This document shows positions 58,805-64,000 of a stretch of DNA of 64,000 nucleotides, one piece after another. The stretch is from an uncultured virus (IMG/VR IMGVR_UViG_3300028586_000757) (Duplodnaviria > Heunggongvirae > Uroviricota > Caudoviricetes). Both the position numbers and the translations under genes were made by a program. The stretch is from IMG/VR virus record IMGVR_UViG_3300028586_000757. One strand, given 5' to 3'. Each line of letters opens with the position of its first letter. The stretch's first letter is position 1. Below the pieces are notes generated by a model, which saw nothing but the letters and a program-made list of their open reading frames with translations, ran no database searches and had not been told where the DNA came from.

Positions 58805-59344
58805 TTAGTCGCGGTCGTACACGACTTCCAGGCCATCGAAGTTCTTGGTGAGAACCGTGCCTTCTCGGTCGAAGAGGATAGGGAAAGTACCCGGCACGTC
58901 GGGGATAGTGACCTCCGCCAGAACCACATCGTCGTGCACCGCGTTAATCTTGGTGACCTTGGCGGTGAAGCTTCCCAGGCCATACATGACGCATAGCTTC
59001 AGGGGCTCTTCCACGTCCAGGCGGTCGGGGTACGAGAAGCCTGGCTGCTCGCCATTGGGGCCGAAGAGTCGAATCATCTCTTCTTCGGTCTCTACTCGGG
59101 AGTTGCCCGGGCCGCAGAAATTGTGCGACAGAAGGTCTTCTGCCGTCGTTCCCATTTGAGAGCTGGTGCCGGTCTTCTCGATGCGTGCCAGTCGTGCCGG
59201 CAGTTCATCAAGCGCCTTATAGCCGTAGCGCTCCACGATGTAACGCTTGAGCTCCGGCAGGGTCAGCAATGGAGACAGCGGGCCGTCCGAAACAGTCGTC
59301 CAGTCCATGTAGCGGTCACCAAACTTGGCGATGATGTGTCCCAT
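58805..59344 (-). CDS. Phage-type hypothetical protein
   Basis: AAAGGA RBS; W.TVSDGP...RL.RIEKTGTSS...N..GP. Confidence 0.7.
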   Translation of the reverse strand: MGHIIAKFGDRYMDWTTVSDGPLSPLLTLPELKRYIVERYGYKALDELPARLARIEKTGTSSQMGTTAEDLLSHNFCGPGNSRVETEEEMIRLFGPNGEQPGFSYPDRLDVEEPLKLCVMYGLGSFTAKVTKINAVHDDVVLAEVTIPDVPGTFPILFDREGTVLTKNFDGLEVVYDRD

Positions 59345-59594
59345 TTTGTTCCTTTCTTTCAGTAGATGTCCTGAATCCTATAGCCAAGCGGCCATCGGGC
59401 TGGCAGTGCCCGGCGATGGTGAGCAAAATTGTGGACCAGAAAACGCATTCTCGGACGAACGTGAGAACAGTTGTGAACGGGATGCCTATTGACTCACCGT
59501 TAGCCCAGGCTATAGCAAGCTTGGCAACGAGTATACGGGTGCGGTAGCATGAGCAACTACCGGAAAATGCCGGTGTTCGGGACGTACTTTTCAC

Positions 59595-60626
59595 ATGGCC
59601 AAACTTGACACCAAAGACCTGGGGTTTAATCAGCTGCCCCATTACAGCACGCATGCTATCGAATTCTTTACCGAGCAGGCAAAGACGCTTTCAAGCGCGG
59701 GCATACCGGTCGATTGCGAACTCTTGATTTGCGACTTACTCAAGGCATCCATCAAGTTTCTTCTGCCGGACAACGGCTATCTGTTTGCTGACCATGACTT
59801 CAAGCCGTCCATGTTCGAGCTCTTGCGTCTGCCGTATCCGGTGTGCGCGCTAGAGTACACCGCAACGCTCGACCTCTATGCGCAAGGGTCAGGCCTAGCC
59901 CACGCCGCTAAACGTATTGCACTTTGCTTTGACCCGAAGCAGTTGCCTCAGGCGCAAGCCGCGCAGCTCTCTCGTTTGTGTGGGCCAGATTTCCTGGGCA
60001 AATTACCAGAACGCTCTCTGGCAATTATGGCAGTCTACGAGGCGAACGGTTCCTGGGGCGCGGCAATTGGCCTAGTGGTCCTAGACCTGGACGAGAACAA
60101 GCCTGTCCGGTTACGAGATACGTCAACTGACGCCCTTAGTGACTTGGCTAATCGTGTTGGAATGAAAATTCACTCTAAGCCATCGGACCACGGGCTTCCA
60201 GTGACGTTCTGGGCATTTCTGAGCCGGACCCGCTTGATTGGCCAGAGCGATAAGCGGGCTCAGGAAGCGCTGTATATTGACTCCATTGACGAGGTGCGCG
60301 CTTGTTACGAATTTCTCGCGGCTATCAACTGCTCCAACGTTGGCACGCAGGATGTGCCGGCGCCGTCGATGCTGAACGACAAGCGTAAGAAGAAAGGGAA
60401 GACGCTCTTTTATCCATACAAAGTACTCGACCTGTCGCCGGTGTCAGAGTCGGGCTCGAAAGGGAGTAGTGGGTCGCATGCTTCACCTCGTGCGCACCTT
60501 CGTCGAGGACACATCCGCCAGCTGGGTGAGCGCGCGGGGAATAAAGTCCTCTGGATTAACGCCACCATGGTCAATGCGAAAACGGATGGCCCGCCGGTGT
60601 CGACTGTCTACAAGGTGCGTACCTGA
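59595..60626 (+). CDS. Hypothetical protein with C-terminal SPRAHLRRGH motif
   Basis: 343-aa ORF; H.RRGH.R...W...V motif seen in mobile-element proteins. Confidence 0.75.
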   Translation: MAKLDTKDLGFNQLPHYSTHAIEFFTEQAKTLSSAGIPVDCELLICDLLKASIKFLLPDNGYLFADHDFKPSMFELLRLPYPVCALEYTATLDLYAQGSGLAHAAKRIALCFDPKQLPQAQAAQLSRLCGPDFLGKLPERSLAIMAVYEANGSWGAAIGLVVLDLDENKPVRLRDTSTDALSDLANRVGMKIHSKPSDHGLPVTFWAFLSRTRLIGQSDKRAQEALYIDSIDEVRACYEFLAAINCSNVGTQDVPAPSMLNDKRKKKGKTLFYPYKVLDLSPVSESGSKGSSGSHASPRAHLRRGHIRQLGERAGNKVLWINATMVNAKTDGPPVSTVYKVRT

Positions 60627-60685
60627 GAGCAGGGTCTGCTGTATTCGTTTTCTACACGAATGAGGACAACCTCTCAGGAGCCAAC

Positions 60686-61036
60686 ATGAAAATGCAGCAA
60701 ACCGCGACACCCGTCACATCGTTGAGCCCGGGCGCCAAGGCGCTAAGCGAATCGTTCGAGGGCATCGCCAGGTATCCTTTCCTGGTGTCACCATACAACG
60801 ACCTGCCAAGCGACGACTGCCTCATCCTCGTCAACGGCATTTCGTTTCAAGGCAGTGAGGTAGTAACGCGCCTCGCGGCCGAGCTCGGTTGGACGACGCC
60901 GACCGAAAACAGCGTGCGCTGGTCCGCATCCTGGTTGAAAGAGCTGAAGAAGACGGGACGCTTAGGCCGCTTCTACGGTTTTGTGAAGAATTACAACCGC
61001 CAAGCTGCTGAGCTCCGAGCTAAGCAAGCTGCATGA
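60686..61036 (+). CDS. Hypothetical protein
   Basis: AGGAG RBS; CTACAC-N5-AGGACAA upstream; terminator at ~61040-61065. Confidence 0.7.
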   Translation: MKMQQTATPVTSLSPGAKALSESFEGIARYPFLVSPYNDLPSDDCLILVNGISFQGSEVVTRLAAELGWTTPTENSVRWSASWLKELKKTGRLGRFYGFVKNYNRQAAELRAKQAA

Positions 61037-61129
61037 TTGAAAAGCTCCCTGACCGGGAGCTTTTTCTTTGTCGGAGAGGCTACTAGAAGCGCCAGGCGGC
61101 ACTTTCGTCGAGGCCTAGTACATGCGCGC

Positions 61130-61891
61130 TTACTGACCGGTCCCGGTCAGCGTGAAGGTAGTGCCTAGCAGGCTCAGTGTGGCCGAGCGCGTGCCAAGTG
61201 CTGTAGGGGAGAAGGTGACTTTCACCTCACAGCTGCCATTCTGCTCGACGTTGACGCAGCTATTATCGACCCGAAAGTCGCCCGGGTTGGCGCCCGTCAG
61301 CGGCTGCAGCTCGACCGAACCGGGAATGTTCCCAAAATTGTAGATGTCGAACGTCCTGGAGCTTGACGCGCCCACAGCGGTATTTGCAAACGTCTGGGTC
61401 GCCGGCGGGTAGCCATTGAATACGAATGCGACGCCCAGGCCCGCGCCCATCATCTGGACGGAGAACGAATTTGCAGAGCTCATCACAGTTACCCAGCCCC
61501 ATTGCGTGCCCAGCTCCGTCGGGGTGAAGCTTACGGAGATGTTGCACTTGGCGCCGACACTCAACTTCTTCCCGCATGTATTCGTTTGATTAAAGTTCTC
61601 ACGCCCAAGCGCAATGTCAATGCCGGTAATGTCTACCGGGCCAGTGCCTGTGTTGGTGAGGCTGAAGGTGTAGACAGGTCCGGTGGTGTGAAGCAGCGTT
61701 GCGGGGAACTCATAGCCCCACTCAAGTCCATCAGGGACCGAGAGGAAGCCTTCTCCGTCGCCGGCGGGTAATTCACTGCTGTTGTTCGACAGCAGCGGAA
61801 TTCGGTATTGCAGCTTGTCAGCAGCATTGGCGGTAGCCGACACATTGCTGAGCGCCGCGGCCAGGATTGCAAGGAGCGCTAGTTTGTTCAT
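61130..61891 (-). CDS. Secreted protein with two ASH/choice-of-anchor-D Ig domains
   Basis: Signal peptide ANA; two N.G...C...L..G.C.V.F.P repeats. Confidence 0.85.
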   Translation of the reverse strand: MNKLALLAILAAALSNVSATANAADKLQYRIPLLSNNSSELPAGDGEGFLSVPDGLEWGYEFPATLLHTTGPVYTFSLTNTGTGPVDITGIDIALGRENFNQTNTCGKKLSVGAKCNISVSFTPTELGTQWGWVTVMSSANSFSVQMMGAGLGVAFVFNGYPPATQTFANTAVGASSSRTFDIYNFGNIPGSVELQPLTGANPGDFRVDNSCVNVEQNGSCEVKVTFSPTALGTRSATLSLLGTTFTLTGTGQ

Positions 61892-62138
61892 GGGTACATT
61901 GGCGTAGAAATCTGGTTTAGCGACTACCCTTAGCTGGTTGGAGCCGCCCACATCGGGCCGACCAGTGCGAAGGTTGACTACTTACTAAGCGTTTGTTAGG
62001 CTACTAAGCAACGGGGCGGGTGTCCCTGTGCTGTCTCCCTTTGGCGCGCCTCTCGGCCACACCTCTTCTGAATACGCTGACATCAGGTTCTCCTTTCCGT
62101 CGGCCATGGAGACTCGTCGACCAAACGAGGAGAGACTC

Positions 62139-63566
62139 ATGCGTATCAACTTCAAAACCGCGTCGGTACCGACCCGCGCGGCCAAGCGACTCAAAGCCGC
62201 CTTATCCATCAAAGACTCGACTGCCAAGGAGTGGACGGCGCAGGTGTACGGGTATCGAAACTGGCATGACTTGGTGCAGGCCTTAGACACGGCCGGCGTA
62301 TCGCCCTTGGATGAAGACTGTCCTCCAAGCGAAGTAGCTGCCCGCAGGCGGTATCAGGTGGCGCAGCTGCAGGCGTGTATGGCCAAAGACCGTGTTGCAC
62401 CTCGGCTCAGTGCTGCTGCACTCGTAGACTGCTGGCAGCCTTCTGCCGGGTATCCGAATCAGAAGTTGCGTATTTTGCAGGCGGACGAACGCCCCGAGCG
62501 CGCGGCGGCATTTTTGGGACTGGACCATCTCCTATTCTTGCGAGACCTTAGCCCAGGACTTTTGGCGGGCGTACCATCACGGTGCGCCGGCTGGCTGGAT
62601 AAGGAAGCTTGCTCAATTGCGCGCGGACTGATGAGGAAAGGGAGCGAAGACGAAAAACGCTTTGCGCGGGCCGTACTCGAGGAGCTCCATGCCCAAGGTA
62701 GCTCGGCAGGCACACTGCATCTGGCAATCAGTCTTCTTTTGGGCGCAGGGGGAGAGCAGGACGAAAAACGTGCTGACACGCTCTTTCTGGCTCTGTTGAC
62801 TGGCGCTGACACGCCTGAGAATATTCGTGCGGCCGCAGCAGACGGACGCTCCGCTGTCCTGGGCCGAGGTGACGACTGGCCGGCCGACATCTCGAAAGCG
62901 CTTGCAACTTGGGAGCAGAAAGCATTGGCGGGAAGTCCCGTTCACGCCTACCGACTGGGGCTCGCGTACGACCAGTTTAAGCCGGCTACACAGGAAGCGC
63001 GAGGTGACCTGGCCAAAGCGGTGAAGTTCTACCGGATGGCCGCGGAGAATGGCCACACGCCGGCAGCGGGGTGCTTGGGCTTCATCTTGTCGGGGAATCG
63101 AGACCTCTGCGAGTATCCGGGAGAGGGCGAGATTTGGCTGGAGCGCGCGGCCCAGGGTGGAGACCGGCTTGCCCTGGAAGTCGGAGCAAAGGTTGATGTT
63201 GCTGTGGCGCAGTTGGCCGCGATGCCGAAAGCTGCAGCGAAGGCACAAATCATGAATCTCGTGGAGCGGCAAATTCCGAAGGCTCAACGCGGAGAGCCTG
63301 AACTTGACCCAGTACTGGGGGAAGTGGTCCTTCTTCCGCCGGCATTGTGGGTCCAGCTGTCGACCGGATTTCTTTTTGAGCGCAAAGAAGATGTTTTCGA
63401 GCGTATCGAGGGCGCTTACCTCGCTCCAACCGTCATGGCAACGTATCCGCGAGGCGTTGACGAGGCGTTTGAGCGAATGGGCTGGGTCCAGCATCACGGC
63501 GAGTTGCTCGAATACTGCAACGCCCATGTCCGCGAAGAGCGAGACGACCGACAGGGTGTCCGGTAG
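62139..63566 (+). CDS. PF20066-like N-terminal domain plus Sel1-like repeats
   Basis: AAKRLKAAL...AKEWTAQVYGYRNWHDL; AYRLGLAY...DLAKAVKFYRMAAENGH; GAGGAG RBS; TTGACT-17-TAGGCT at 61974-62002. Confidence 0.75.
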   Translation: MRINFKTASVPTRAAKRLKAALSIKDSTAKEWTAQVYGYRNWHDLVQALDTAGVSPLDEDCPPSEVAARRRYQVAQLQACMAKDRVAPRLSAAALVDCWQPSAGYPNQKLRILQADERPERAAAFLGLDHLLFLRDLSPGLLAGVPSRCAGWLDKEACSIARGLMRKGSEDEKRFARAVLEELHAQGSSAGTLHLAISLLLGAGGEQDEKRADTLFLALLTGADTPENIRAAAADGRSAVLGRGDDWPADISKALATWEQKALAGSPVHAYRLGLAYDQFKPATQEARGDLAKAVKFYRMAAENGHTPAAGCLGFILSGNRDLCEYPGEGEIWLERAAQGGDRLALEVGAKVDVAVAQLAAMPKAAAKAQIMNLVERQIPKAQRGEPELDPVLGEVVLLPPALWVQLSTGFLFERKEDVFERIEGAYLAPTVMATYPRGVDEAFERMGWVQHHGELLEYCNAHVREERDDRQGVR

Positions 63567-63653
63567 CCGCCTCTAAACGAAAAACGGAACCCCTTGGGGT
63601 TCCGTTGTAAATTAAGGCAGTGCTGAGGCGCTCAGCACCGGTATCAGTCTATG

Positions 63654-64000
63654 TCAGCAGCCGCAGCAGCCTTCCACATGCCAGTACGGCTCAGGCTTGC
63701 CGGCTTGCGACTTCGCGTACGCGGCGCGACTTTCCTGTTCTTTCTTGCGCGCCTCGGCGAGACGCTTTTCCAGGGATGCCTGGTTTTTCGTATCCGTCTC
63801 GGTCTTGAGCAGGTTCTTGCAGCAAACCGGACAGTCCGTCAGGCCGTAATACGATGTCATCATGTACCGGCCCCGCTGGAAGAACAGTCCGACGTCGACG
63901 TAGCCAGACGTGCTGCGGTTCAGGTCCTTGAGAGCCGGCTTGTGAATCTTGTGCACATTGATGCTCGAGTCACAGTGCGCACACTTCTTCGTTTTAGACT
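63654..64000 (-). CDS. Putative zinc-ribbon protein (start beyond window)
   Basis: Frame open to window end: CAHC...CPVCC...CCGC. Confidence 0.55.
   Translation of the reverse strand, partial: SKTKKCAHCDSSINVHKIHKPALKDLNRSTSGYVDVGLFFQRGRYMMTSYYGLTDCPVCCKNLLKTETDTKNQASLEKRLAEARKKEQESRAAYAKSQAGKPEPYWHVEGCCGC

Noticed and set aside
1..64000. Prophage, IS element, integron, tRNA or rRNA
   Set aside because: No capsid, terminase, integrase or transposase motifs, attC-type sites or cloverleaf/rRNA signatures were recognised by eye; a tRNAscan/Infernal run would be needed to exclude small RNAs.

Overview
GC-rich accessory region that reads like part of a large proteobacterial (probably Burkholderiales-type) megaplasmid or phage-plasmid. 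The taxonomy is inferred from gene types, not shown. It holds about 70 mostly monocistronic, mostly hypothetical genes, usually with their own intrinsic terminator. Recognisable genes: partial DinG helicase, orphan ClpX, orphan beta-class DNA methyltransferase, AbiEi/AbiEii-type TA pair, DEDDh exonuclease-HAD fusion, DUF805, DUF808, Tim44-like, YncE-like beta-propeller, alpha/beta hydrolase, and four secreted Ig/lectin adhesin-like proteins including a 1806-aa giant. I recognised no rRNA, tRNA, transposase, integrase, cas, rep or phage structural genes. The most unusual signals are: (1) a ~2-kb non-coding block (17.1-19.16 kb) with an AT-rich patch, three bipartite units at an invariant 58-nt offset, and 11 co-oriented copies of YTCTTGGCGCTCTC(C), the last five at an exact 45-bp period with unique spacers, plus a 12th copy inside the next gene; (2) a CTA(T/C/G)AC-N5-AGG(A/T)CAA-like motif, usually 15-22 nt upstream of the start codon, in front of ~17 unrelated genes, suggesting an element-specific promoter class; (3) four genes sharing a small N-terminal PF20066-like domain with different C-termini, each behind a long structured leader; (4) several local paralog expansions of unknown membrane proteins. 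All family assignments come from motif recognition by eye, not database searches.
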